Shown: positions 47,201-59,025, numbered from the stretch's first letter. The stretch is DNA of 59,480 bases from Klebsormidium nitens (GCA_000708835.1 DF237318.1:33556-93035), one strand, 5' to 3'. A program made the numbers and translations. The notes: generated by a model not told the origin, from the sequence alone.

Positions 47201-50200
47201 GACGTGGAAGTACTTAGAAGAAAAGGTTACGTTGCAAACCTGCCAGTTGACCACGATTCACAAAGCTCGCAATCCTAAGCGCCAACGACCAAGCCGCTCA
47301 GATCCTTACCCCAAAATTCAAAAACCAACTTCAAACCCCCAAAACTTTTTCTTACCTGTCGCCGCAGGAGGTGGAAGCAATAGGCGGGCGTGGTAACGTT
47401 GCAGAGCTATCGGTTGACTGCGGAATTACAAGCCTCACAACACTTTGAATAGCAGGTACACTCCATCACCCGGAATCCTATCCTTATTGTTAACCCCGAA
47501 ACGTTGCCTTACCTGGCGCCGCAGGACGTGGAAGTAGTTGGCGGGCGTGGTCACGTTGCAAACCTGCCAGTTGACCTGCTGCAGCTGGCGGCGGAGCGAG
47601 GGGTCCATCTCGGGAATGACGTTCGGGTTGTCGTCACTCATCTGGAGATACCGCTCCAGCCGCGCGCTGCTGTGCTCGGGGCCCTGCCCGTCGTACCTGG
47701 CAGCCGGCGCGAGGATGAGTAAAAGACGAAGAAAGTTGCGAAGTAAAACATGAAGGGTTTAGATAGGGTTTTGTCGTAATGGGACCGATTCTTTGTCAGC
47801 CTCGGGCCCTGCCCGTCGTACCTGGCAGCGGGCGCGAGGATGAGTCAAACGACTAGCGAACGAACATAGCGAACCAGAACATCAAGGGTTACGTCGAGTT
47901 TTGTGGTTATTATGAGCGACTCCCTGTTACGCTCGAGGCCCTGCCTGTCCTACCTGGCAGCGACAATCGAAAAGTCGCAAAACCATAAAGAAGAATTCTG
48001 GGCTAAGTCGATGTGAGGAATTCGGCGACAAGGACATTCACACTTTGTTGTGATCTGGGCGATTGCTCGGCTCGGGGCCGACCCTCGTGTCTTAGCAAGG
48101 GTGGGTTTTGGAATGCTTGTCAGGATTCCAACAGAGAGGATGTATCTACGCAATCAAGATGAACACGAACAGCGTTTTCCGGTGCAATGTTTCAAGACTT
48201 GCATCGACAGTATTCGGTTGCACGACTCCCAGATCTGGCCACGAAGTCGGAAGAGCGCAGCGTTTAATTCTAGATTCATTACATGGTGGTCACACATGGC
48301 AATCACATCACGAAGTGGGAGAAGAAGTGAGCCGAGCATTGCTAAAGCAGAACGACAAAACCTGGGTAAAATCGAGGTTAGAGCCTAACCCGTGGGGCAG
48401 CAGGCAGACGAGCCCTGTCTGGCGCAGCCACTTGGCCTCCCCACTGCTGATGAACTGGTCAAAGATAACCTGCGCGCCGTTTGCAAAGTCCCCGAACTGC
48501 GCCTCCCAGATCACCAGCGAGTTAGGGTTCTCCATGGAGTAACCCAGCTCGTAACCCAGCACGCCGAACTCGGAGAGGCTCGAGTTGGTGACAGTGAAGC
48601 GCTCGGGGTCGCCCTCCTGGGACGGGGTCACGTGGTCCAGCGGGCAGTACTGCCGCCCGTTCTCCTGCGGGTAGCATTCGCTTATTTAACATTTGTTTTT
48701 ATTCTTGTTTCTGTTTTCCTGCAGGTACGAAACTCGAAAGACATTATGAACTCTTCAAAACCCCTCGTTGAGTGCAGTTAGTGAACACCGCTAAGTCCCT
48801 CGTTCTGCGAGGCTTGGACGGAACAGCAAGCAGCACACTGCAGCTGTGGGTTCCCAAGATTGCGGAATTGCCTTTGGACATGATTAAAACACGAAAATAC
48901 AGGTCAAATTTCAAAAAAAGATCTGGGAAGCTTTACCTGGTCGAGCAAAACGATTTCCCTGTGGCGGCAAAAGGAAGAAGAAGGAAACATAGGAAACCGC
49001 ACAGCTTGCGACGCCTTAGAGGGCGGCACTCCTCGTCCAGTTGACAGCCAGAAAGTGTTCTTGGAGACATTTCCATAAGGAGTCCAGTGCGCACTTTGAT
49101 TTAATTATAAACACGATGACTCCACTCTGCAGAGCTCAGCTCGGGAATCCCCAACTCCGGCTGGATGGGTTTGAAACTGCCTTCTGAAAGACCGATACGA
49201 ATCCAAGAGCGTCTATCTGTTGCCAACAGAAGCTGACCGTGACGTTGCCCAGCCGAGTCGTCCCCCAGCCGAACTTGCATCAGTGCCCCGCCTGTATAAC
49301 TTTTTGAGTTCTTAACATCAAAGCCATCTGAAACTCTCTGATGCCAGTGGGTTGCGACCGAAGCTCGGCTTTTCAGAACCTCTACCACGGTGTGGTAATT
49401 CCGAGAAGAGCAGATCGCGTGGAGACCCATTCTATAGTCAGTAGTTCGGTTTCGTAAATTCACAACCAGAAAAGCCATCAGTATCTTGAGAGTTTACTTG
49501 TATGAATGAGACCAATCTCCTGGAACCCTCGCCTGGTTGCGCACCCATCAAACAGTGGAGAGCCGAAAGAAGGTTCTAATCCTCAGAAGGTCTGAAGCTT
49601 TGCAGCCGTGAAAGCCGAAAAAGGACTTCAGACGGTTCAGTGTGATCTAAACAAGGTTTCTTGAACCCCAACCTGGTCGTGCAGCACGGCGTGCCTATGA
49701 CTGAACGTCCCCCGCTCCACGTCTTGCCCGCTCAACCGCACGTGGTTGCCCTCCACGATGAGCGTCCCGAACGCAAGTGCCTCTGCGGTCGCCCAGTCCA
49801 CCCCCTGCAGAACGTAGACCAAATTCAGGACGCTAAGAGATGGCGTGACAGAGTGCCATCGGTTGCTGCGCCGGAACCATCTTCAGGACGCCAATGTATG
49901 TCTGTCTGCTTCGACCTGACCCCTTCCAATTGGGTCGTGATGAAAGAAACGTTTTGTCGAGCGCTTGAAGCCGTATGCTCGTCTGATCATCTCATTGTGT
50001 TCTTGAAAGCGAGGCTTTCCATCCTAAGAGCTCCGATTACTCTTCAAGCTTGCTCTCAATCGGGACCCCCAACTCACGTGCTTATAAGAATGGGCGGACG
50101 TCACAAGTTAACACTCGGCGTCGCTCCACCCAGGGTGACATCAAAACAAACAGAAAGCACTGATAGGTCTTCTGCAAGCCAGAGTGTGAACAGCCTTCCA

Positions 50201-53200
50201 CGTGGCATCTTGAGGATTGCACACGTGGCCAGCACATTGGGTGAGAAAGGATGCAGCCCGCACCTCGCCGGTCTCGATCATCTTCTGGCGCTGCTCGTAC
50301 ACCCTCCGGATGCCCCGGTGGGGGTTGAAGCCCTCGGGGAATGTCGTCACGGCCTGGCCCACCTGCTTCAGGACCTCGGGGTTGACCCCCGTGTTCTTGA
50401 TCTTGGAGATCTGCTCCGGGCCCTTGAAGCCTGGGGAAAACAAGGAGACCAATGCTTACATGACGAACGAAGCTGTAACATTGTGTTCATTATTTTGGAG
50501 GTCTTTGCCAGGCACGTTAAGCCTGGGGTGAAGTTAAACCGACATAAGTTGACCCCCATGTTCTTGATCTTGGAGATCTGCTCCGGGCCCTTGAAACTGG
50601 GGGGAAAAGGAGAGATGAAGAATGCTTAACGAACGAACGAAACTCCGTCATGGCATTCATTTTGGACGTGTACTCCAGGCCCGTTAGCCTGGGGGAAAGT
50701 CAAACCGACATAACTTGACCCCCGTATTCTTGATCTTGACACCTGGGGGAAACAAAGAGACCAATGGTTTGGAAAACGAACGACACCTCACCTGTGTTCA
50801 TATTAATAGAGTTCTGCTCAAGGCCCTTCAAGCCAGGGGGGGAAGTCAGATCAACAAAAAATCAAAAACCAACAGAAGACCCCTGAAACCTGGGGGAAGC
50901 GAAGAGACGAGTGTTTGATTGGACAAGGAAAGGTTCACCTCCGTGTTCTTGATCTTAGAGCTTGGCTCCGGGCCCTGAAGAATTGATTCTTCCGTGTCTA
51001 CAAGTATGTTGTTCGAGCTTCCAGGAAGGGGGCAGCCAAGGTTGCGACAGTAAAGCGGTCTGCCGAAACAAGTCGTTTTCGACAAAGAATGAAATCTTGA
51101 ACTGGTTTCTAGATTGAAGTGGGGAAAGTAGAGAGAACGACCTCGCCTTGAAGGAAGGCCATCAAGCGACAGCTGTAGAAAACAAGAGCAACTTCAAGTT
51201 TTGGAGCAAGACCAGCCAAAAGCTGGGGGTCGGGAGCAAAAACCGTTTGCAAAGCACACTGCACAAACCCCTTGCAACCACTAGTTGCAGAAAAGAGTCA
51301 GAGAAAGTGACTGATCAGTAAGGAAGAAAAGCGGAAGCAGGTCGTTAATTCTGTTCATGCCCACCTGCCCAGCGGAAGCCACGCGCGCATCTTTACTGGC
51401 CAAATTGACTCAAAAGATGACACTTCGTGCGCTGCACATAACAGGCCGTTACAACGACTTTCACCAAGTCCAGTTTATCGTGTTCTCACGCATTTCGTAC
51501 CTGACCAGTAAGATGTGAGCCAGTCGCGCGTCTCGGGCTTGTAGCTCTTGGAGGCCTCGAACTGTTCGTTCAGGATGGCTAGCACGCGGTCCTGCGTTTT
51601 CTTGATCTCCTCGTCCGTCAGCTGTCCGCCGCGCTTCAGCTTCTCTTGGTACAGTTGGAGCGCCGGCGGGTGGCTTTTGATCACCTGGCAAAGGGAGCGA
51701 GAACATCAACAACAGTCTCTTAAGGCTAGATAAGGTATGGAAAAGGGTGAGCGAGCTTTCAAAGTAAGCTGCCCGCCGCTTAGCTCAGCTTCTCTTGGTA
51801 CAGTTGGAGCGCCGGCGGGTGGCTCTTGATCACCTGGCAAAGGGAGCGAAAAGATAAGAACAGGTTTTTGGTCAAAGAGAAGCGAAAAAGCATGAATGAG
51901 TTTCTCTAAGCTGCCCGCCGCGCTTCAGCTTCTCCTGGTGCAGTTGGAGCGCCGGCGGGTGGCTCTTGATCACCTGGCGACGAAAGCGAAAAGATCATGA
52001 ACAGGTTTTTAATGCTCAAAAAGGGGCGAAAAAGCATGAACGAGTTTCTATAAGCTGCCCGCCGCGCTTCAGCTTGTCTTGGTACAGTTGGAGCGCCGGC
52101 GGGTGGCCATCGATCACCTGGCGACGAAAGCGAAAAGATCAAGAAACAGGTTTTGGGAGGTCAAATAAGGCGTGGACAAACATGACGGAGTTCTTTGATA
52201 AGCTGCCCGCCTCGCTTCAGCTTCTCCTGGTACAGATGCAGCGCGTGCGGATGCCTTTTGACGACCTGGCAAAGGGAGCGAGATTATCAAAAACACTTTT
52301 TGAAAGGTCGATGTGGGGTGGCAAAGCAATTTCTGAAGGTAGATATGGGGTTGGAAAAGCATAAGTGGGTTCTTTGATAAGCTGCCCGTCGAGCTTCAGC
52401 TTTTCTGATGCAGCTGCTTTGTTGATAAGATGCCCGTCGAGCTTCAGCTTTTCTGATACAGCTGCAGCGCCCCGGTGGGCTGTTGATTCCCAGTGGCAAG
52501 TGCACCATAAAAGTTGGGAAGAAATCCGGGATGCCTTTCTCAACGTTATGAACTCGTGTTGGGATCGAAAAGTACGGAACTTCCAGCACGTTCAAAGGAA
52601 CGAGCTTCGTGACGACCAGAAACCACCAAAAAGCTTCCACAATACCTATTTATAGCTTCTTCTGCAATTCCTGAAACTCAAAACAGCCCCAGACGACAAA
52701 CCCACGGCACACAAGCTGAGTGCAACTCATGGTGCAACTTCAGAGTCCACAAGTTCGCTTGCTTCAAACGCAAGCCCACAGTCCGTAACCATGCAAATCA
52801 AAGATCCTACAAACAAAGCAGAATGCAGAACCGATTCCGGACCCGGACCAATGTTCGGACGCTGCGACTCACGCTGTACATCTTGGGCTGCGTGAAGGAC
52901 GGCTCGTCCAGCTCGTTGTGCCCAAAGCGCCGGTAGCACACGATGTCAATGACGACGTCATCGCCCCACTTTTGGCGCCACTCCACCGCCAGCTCAAACA
53001 CGTGCACCACCGCCTCCACGTCATCGCCGTTGACGTGGAAGATGGGGGCGTTCAGCGCTTTTGCGACGTCCGTGCAGTAGGGGGACGAGCGGCTATGCTT
53101 GGGGTCGGTCGTAAACGCAACCTAGGAATCGACGAAAACCTTGTGTAAGTTAGTAGGACATAGGATCGGGGGATTGAGCACCTTGGCCTGAGAGACGGAT

Positions 53201-56200
53201 TCAAGTTCCATTGGATTACTTAAGGAATGGTTGCATCCAGTACTTTGCAGATCTGGAGATTGACCACCACCTGGAGAGCACCCTCGCCTGGAGTTTAAAA
53301 AGAATCCTTAGACAGAGTAATCTACCCCTATCAGAGGAACCGAGGACGCTGCCAAACAATGATTGACGAACAATCTCCTGCGAACGGCCTCACAGAAGGC
53401 AGATAGACACCTGTGGGCACGAGATGTTGGATGCGCGGACCCCTGTTGCAGCGCATTACTTTGGTCACCCCTACAATCACCACGCGCACTGATCTGGTTG
53501 TTTACCACCATGTGAATCATTCCCGCCGACGTGTGGTTAAGCGAAACTAATTGTCTTGCAAACCACTTTCTATGACCAGAAAACGTTTGACTTACCTGCT
53601 TGATGACCACCACATAATCATCCCCCACGTCGTGTAGCTGGGCAGATCGCACAATCCAAACGTCTCCTTGATCAGCAGCCTCTGTAATCAGAACCAAAGC
53701 GACTAACCTGGTTGTTGACCACCATATAGATCATCCCCCCGGTCGTGTAGTTCGGCAGAACCCTAAAATGTAACGCCACGTATAAGCAGAGTCAAACCCA
53801 CTAACCTGGTTGTTGACCACCACGTGGATCATCCCCCCCGTCGTGTAGTTGGGCAGATCGCTCAGATGGAACGTCTCGTAAACCACGCCCTGCCCCGCGA
53901 AGCTGCCGTCCCCGTGCATCAGAACGCCCATGTTGCGCTTGCGCTTGGTGTCTCCGGTGTAGTACTGCTTCGCGCGGGTCTTGCCCATGACAACCGGGTC
54001 GACGGCTTCCAGGTGGCTGGGGTTGGCAACTAGAGAGAGGTGGATGTGCTTGCCGCCGAGGGTGGGCCGGTCGTAGGACGTGCCCAGGTGGTACTTGACG
54101 TCACCAGAGCCGGTGTAGAGGTCCTGGGGGAAGAAAGGGGGTCACGGATACATGTGTGCACTCGGAGAAGACGATGAAGATGCAATCGAAAGAGTGACAG
54201 GCGCGCGGCTCAGCCTGCTGCTAGGAATAATAACACTTTGTGCCAGTGGCGCTGGACTCCGCTAAACGAGGTCCAGGCGTCCTGGAAAAGGACAGAAAAA
54301 GTATATTGGACAGAGGCATCCAAAAGAAACCTGAAATCCAAAAAGGGCAAGCGAAGAATGCGGGCAAAGTTGCTCCAGAGAACTGCGGGTGACATAAGAC
54401 CTCACATGAAGGCCAATGACAAGAAGGAAAAACGACCGGGTCATTCTCAAAAGCCAGCTGGGTGAACAGGGGCACCAAAGTTGGAGAATGCTAAATTGAC
54501 ACGTTGCAGTCAAGAACTCATTCTCTCAACAAGCAGATTTTTGTTGGTGAGCCCGCCACTAGCTCGATGGTCGCTGCTTAAATGTCCGGCTTTCGAAACG
54601 TTCTGGAAAGACATTTTGAGGCCTTGGAGGCACTTGGAAGCTTGCACGTTTGATCTCAGTAAGTTTACGAAAACCTGCCTTTTGGATGCGTCGCTGTCCC
54701 TGCGGCCACCTGAGGCGCTCACATCCCTGACCATGTCTGGCGGGGACCATTCATGAAACAGACACAAGCTTAGAGAGACGACGAGAAACAAGTCGTTTTC
54801 GGAACAAAGTGGGAAACCCCGGAAGAATCCAGTCAATACAGTATGTGGCACCGGCTCGGAGCCCCACTGACTCCCTCGGCAAAACAACTCCTTTAGCTAA
54901 GCACTCTTTACCGAACACTTGACGTTCGCTTCAAGGAAGCAAACAGACACTCACCCCTTCGTCCGCAATGGGCTTGAGCCCCCCGCTGAACTCGCTGAAG
55001 ATCTGCGCGAGCGGCTTGCGCACCACGTTGCCCAGGACGTTCAACCGGCCCCTGTGCGGCATCCCAATCACGATGCTCTCCACCCCTAGATCCGCCGCCC
55101 GGTCAATCATTTCCTTCAGCCCGGGAATTAGGGTTTCGCAGCCCTCGAGCCCGAAGCGCTTGGCGGCGGTCCACTTTTGCGACAGGAAGGCTTCGAAGAG
55201 GTGGCCCCACATGAGTCGGTCCAGAATGACGGCCTTGCGGTCTTTGGAGTAGGGTGTCATGTGGGGTGCCTCGATCTTCTCGCGCAGCCAATTGCAGCGG
55301 TCGCGGTCGGGTATGTGCATGTACTCGTAGCCAACGGTGCCGCTATACGTTTGCCTGACGGGAAGGTGTGCGAAGCTTTAGAACACAATATTCTCAACGA
55401 TCATTTTGCAGAGGGTCTTACTATGATACACAAGAGGATCTTATTATGAGACACACAACGGTCGTCTACATGAACTTGTAGCCGATGGGGGCCGCAGTGG
55501 GTGTGCCTGACAGGGGGAAAGGCCTCTGCAGCAATGATTTTCTGCACTTTCGCAAATCTATGTCGAGCTAGGAGTGCGGGAAATAAAATCGATGGGCAGG
55601 TACTCGTAGTGGCCGGTTCCACAGATTTGCTTGACCAAAACCCAGTGCAGAGCTTCGGCTTTCCAATATCGGGATAGTTATTTGGAGAGAAGAGCGCAGA
55701 ACGAAATACATCGTAACCCAAGTTGCTCGAGTAGGAGCTAAGAAACCAAGGTTTCCCTATCTTACTCTTCGAAAGACCTGAGAAGAAGCGCAAAGGTTAC
55801 CATCTGCTCATCCTCGGGAACTCGTAGCCAAACATGTGGGCAAGTAACCTCGTCTAGGAGAGAAGCCGAGAGGAGCTCGGAACCGAGAGAAGCATTCGTC
55901 TAAATCCTACGACAGCCTTCCAAAAGCCACGCATCGATTGACGGATTCTGAGCCTTGCGAGTGGATGACACCAGCGTAGGCTTCCTCGTGTACCAGGAAG
56001 ACACCCAGTTCTGCAAGAACCACATAACGGCGTCTCCTGAACCCGTTCTCTTATGCAACAAACACGGTCTCTCTGAAGGATCTAAAGCAAAAATGCGCCC
56101 ACTTACTCAAGCCTGGTCAGGATGGCCCTCAGCGTCTGTCGGGGCCTGTCCTCCGACAGGAAGCCCTTCATCCGCCACGTCCCCAGAAAGAACTCCCGGT

Positions 56201-59025
56201 CCAGGTCCGCGTCCGTGAAGCCGTACAGAGCCGGGTCGAGCTCGATCGGCAGCGCGCGGTCGTCGAGACCCAGGGGGTCCAACTTGGCAGCATAGTGGCC
56301 GCTCACCTGTACGGAGTATCAGGCTTCAGGACTTCATGTTTCTCGGGTTTCGGGTTCCGGGTTCCGAATTGCGGGTTTTGGAGATCGGCGTTCGAAATCA
56401 CGATTTTAGGGTCTTAGGATTTTGAGGGTTTCGGGGATCCGAGATCGTGCTCAATCACGATGAGTTGCTGGGGTCCCCCGAGATGCTGGCACCGCTTTTT
56501 GAAGAGCTCAGACACGGATAATACCTTGCATACGATGGTGTTTCCCAGGACCATGAGTGGAAAGTACCTTTCAAACAAGACCAACAGCTGCTCAAACTTG
56601 ATGCAATTCCCTAAGATCGTTGAACTTTAGTCAGACTCTTGGATGTTTCTGGATGGGCAAGCCTGAAACTGCTCCCATCAACAGCTGAAATAGAAGAGTC
56701 AAACGGTCGGAAGTGGGACTTCACCTGATAAGCGCGGATCAGGAGCAGCAGACGCATGCTCTCCTGGATCGTTTGACCGGACACGGCTGCCTCCGAAGCC
56801 GACCCCGTGAAGTTCCTGCGCCAAATAAATCTTGATGAGATAGGAATCCCAAGGAAAGCCAGACCGACTTAACCAACAGTTGAGCTGGCACTGAAGATTG
56901 CAAAACACCGTCTGACTTTTGCCAACCTTCAGTGTAAAGTTCTCTCGATCTCCATCCTAACGCAAGCATCAGGCTCTCGCAAACGTCCTTTCCCCTACGA
57001 AAGTAATTTTCAGTGTAAACTTCTCTCGATCTCCATCCCAACGCAAGCATCAGGCTCTCGCAAAACTTCCTTTCCCATACAAAGGTGGACATCTTTGACA
57101 CCGGTCCGAATCCGTCTTCCTTCTCTGGCCCGGTTGCCGCAACTGCAAGGCCTTTCCTTCCGAAAACAATTCCAAACATGTGCAAGAAAAACATGGTCTA
57201 CCCTTGTACCAGCGTTGATGCAGCCTCTCTGAAGTTTTTCGACTCCCCTTATATAAAAACCCTTGTGCACAATAACTTGATGGATTGTCAACCCTGGCTT
57301 TGGTCCAACCCGGTCCAAGCAATTGTACAGAGCTCACTTTGACGATACCCTGGACGACTTTGCAACGAGAAGAAAGGACTCACTGGAAGAAGATGTCCCA
57401 CGAGGGGTCCACGCTCTTCGGGTCCGCCTCCCATGCGCGCTGGAGAGCCTCCAGCCACACGCTGCTAGTGCCATCCAGGAAATTGTCCGAGAGCTTGGAC
57501 AGCGGCACAGACACCGGCTCGGCAGCCTTGAGCGCGGCGCTCGCGGTATGGAAGGTGCGGGCAAAGCGGAACCGGCGGGCGTCAATGCCTGCTAAGTACG
57601 AGCGGGCATTAGTATACGTGCGACGGACGTTGAGTGTGAGTGGGCGCAGAGAGTATAGGAGACCGGCTGAGTGTTGAGGCAGGCCACCGAAGCGCATAGA
57701 CGGGCAGAGGAGAGCAGGCATCGGGGAATGTAAGAGGGCTTGGCAAGTAAGGGGCGCATCTCAGTTTGTGAACGAGCGTCAGAAACCACAAGGTGGCCTC
57801 AGAGCCTGCTGGCAATTCACTTGAGATGAGGCTCAGGGCCTGCTTAAAATGGTGATGCTGATTGCCACCAGTATTCCTTTCACTTATACAGGTCTTAAAC
57901 TTTGTAAGGCAATTATTTTTGAAAGGAAACAGATTCCACTTAACGCGCAATTGCACACTGACTTTGATTCTCGAAGCCCCCTCGACAGGCCAAGTCCAGT
58001 AACCCTCTTTGGGGATGTCGAGTGCGCATCTTTTTATAAGTCTACACCAAAGTATAAAACCAAGGCAGGGTTGGATAGTCTGAATTTTACTTCTGTCTGA
58101 AAGAGCAAGCAAATGATCACAAATTTGCAAGGGATATGTCAACAAGGAATGGGGGGTAAGAGCGGCTTGAAGCGGAGCCACCTCCAGAAAAAGAAATCCC
58201 AGACAAAGCATGTGAAATGCTGAATGCTCTCATGGAAAAGGGCATCAGCATCAACAGACAGCATCGGCAATAGGAACAGAGTGGGTGTTATTTCCAAAAA
58301 GTTGCAAAACCGAAGTGCATGACAAAATACAAGAGAGCATGACACGATGACAAATTGCGTGGCCACGTTTACAAACCCTTGTCCCTGAAGAGCCTAGACT
58401 CCAATCTCCAGATTTCACTGTCCTCAGTGTGCAATCAAAGACACACTCAGCTTGCCTATTTATCCTTGACAACCTAAACACTGATACGTCCTACCTATAA
58501 ACAGCAAATGCAAATTCCGATCGATATGAGCCAATGTTGAGATGTAAGTTGCATACATGGGTGCTTAAAGTATGGGTAAAAAGGGAGCTGATTGGATTGA
58601 AGCTCTCAAATTGCAATTGATATTGACAGAAGTTAAAAGTTGTCGATCAACCGCTGCATGAAGGGAGTTATCATTTTTTGACCGCCATAAGCCTTGCAAA
58701 CGCTGCAAATAACAGTGATAACACGCCTTCGATCTAGCCAGATGTTGGTTGGAATGAGGAATCGGTGATCATACAATTGACCCGATGTCCTTATGCAGCA
58801 TTCAAAGGTGAACCGAAACCACGCAAGTACCGGTAATCCAACAACGCACATACCAGTAGAAGGTTTCCCGGTCAGTCTTGCCCCAGAAGCATCGCATGCA
58901 GTGGACAAGCGCCGCCTCGCTCCAATCAGCGCAGCAGCATCCTCTTCCAGGACATTGCGACCAAGATTACACCCAGTCCTTGTGAGTCGAGCTGCATGTG
59001 CAGCCAATCCTCGCAACTTCAACAT
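44300..59025 (-). CDS. OGDH: 2-oxoglutarate dehydrogenase E1 component, mitochondrial (15 exons, ~1046 aa)
   Basis: Exons complement(58854..59025, 57384..57591, 56725..56815, 56107..56306, 54955..55354, 53806..54123, 52873..53121, 51501..51684, 50264..50430, 49673..49804, 48390..48664, 47513..47696, 46192..46407, 45546..45669, 44300..44520) total 3141 nt with consistent phase. Motifs: [101 protein letters not shown] and QEEPQNMG. Exon 1 encodes an Arg/Ala-rich presequence. Confidence 0.96.
45290..47965 (-). repeat. Junction-spanning tandem copies around OGDH exons 12, 13 and 14
   Basis: Exon 14 donor copies at 45546, 45445 and 45301. Exon 13 donor copies at 46192, 46035 and 45883, with an acceptor-side copy at ~46522. 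Exon 12 donor copies at 47513, 47356, 47189 and ~47053, with acceptor copies at 47696, 47821 and 47953. Confidence 0.9.
50380..52470 (-). repeat. Junction-spanning tandem copies upstream of OGDH exons 8 and 9
   Basis: Exon 8 acceptor plus ~60 nt of exon occurs at 51684 (functional), 51833, 51973, 52117 and 52265, with fragments to ~52470. Exon 9 acceptor occurs at 50430 (functional), 50596 and ~50742, with fragments to ~50985. Confidence 0.93.
53490..53860 (-). repeat. Tandem copies of the OGDH exon 6 3' end plus donor
   Basis: ..GTGGTCAACAACCAG|GT(T/A)AGT occurs at 53806 (functional), 53708 and 53596, with a decayed copy at ~53494. Confidence 0.9.
55315..55850 (-). repeat. Decayed copies of the OGDH exon 5 acceptor plus exon start
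   Basis: The + strand text (C)ATGTACTCGTAGCCAACGG..TGCCTGAC recurs in degenerate form, aligning with the exon start at ~55506 and ~55630, plus a fragment at ~55820. Confidence 0.65.
56930..57085. repeat. 81-bp tandem duplication, purely intronic (OGDH intron 2)
   Basis: CAGTGTAAA(G/C)TTCTCTCGATCTCCATCC(T/C)AACGCAAGCATCAGGCTCTCGCAAA occurs at 56930 and 57011. Confidence 0.9.

Noticed and set aside
49661-50629. Long + strand ORFs (e.g. 49661..50629, 45967..46509, 48392..48781, 20980..21426, 40018..40761 5' part)
   Set aside because: These are antisense or off-frame shadows of GC-rich exons, or UTR read-through. They show no independent protein motifs.
51630-52470. Assembly artefact as the explanation for the repeated exon starts
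   Set aside because: The copies differ by many substitutions and indels, show graded decay, and recur in five genes. This is not expected from read-collapse errors, though long-read confirmation is still advisable.
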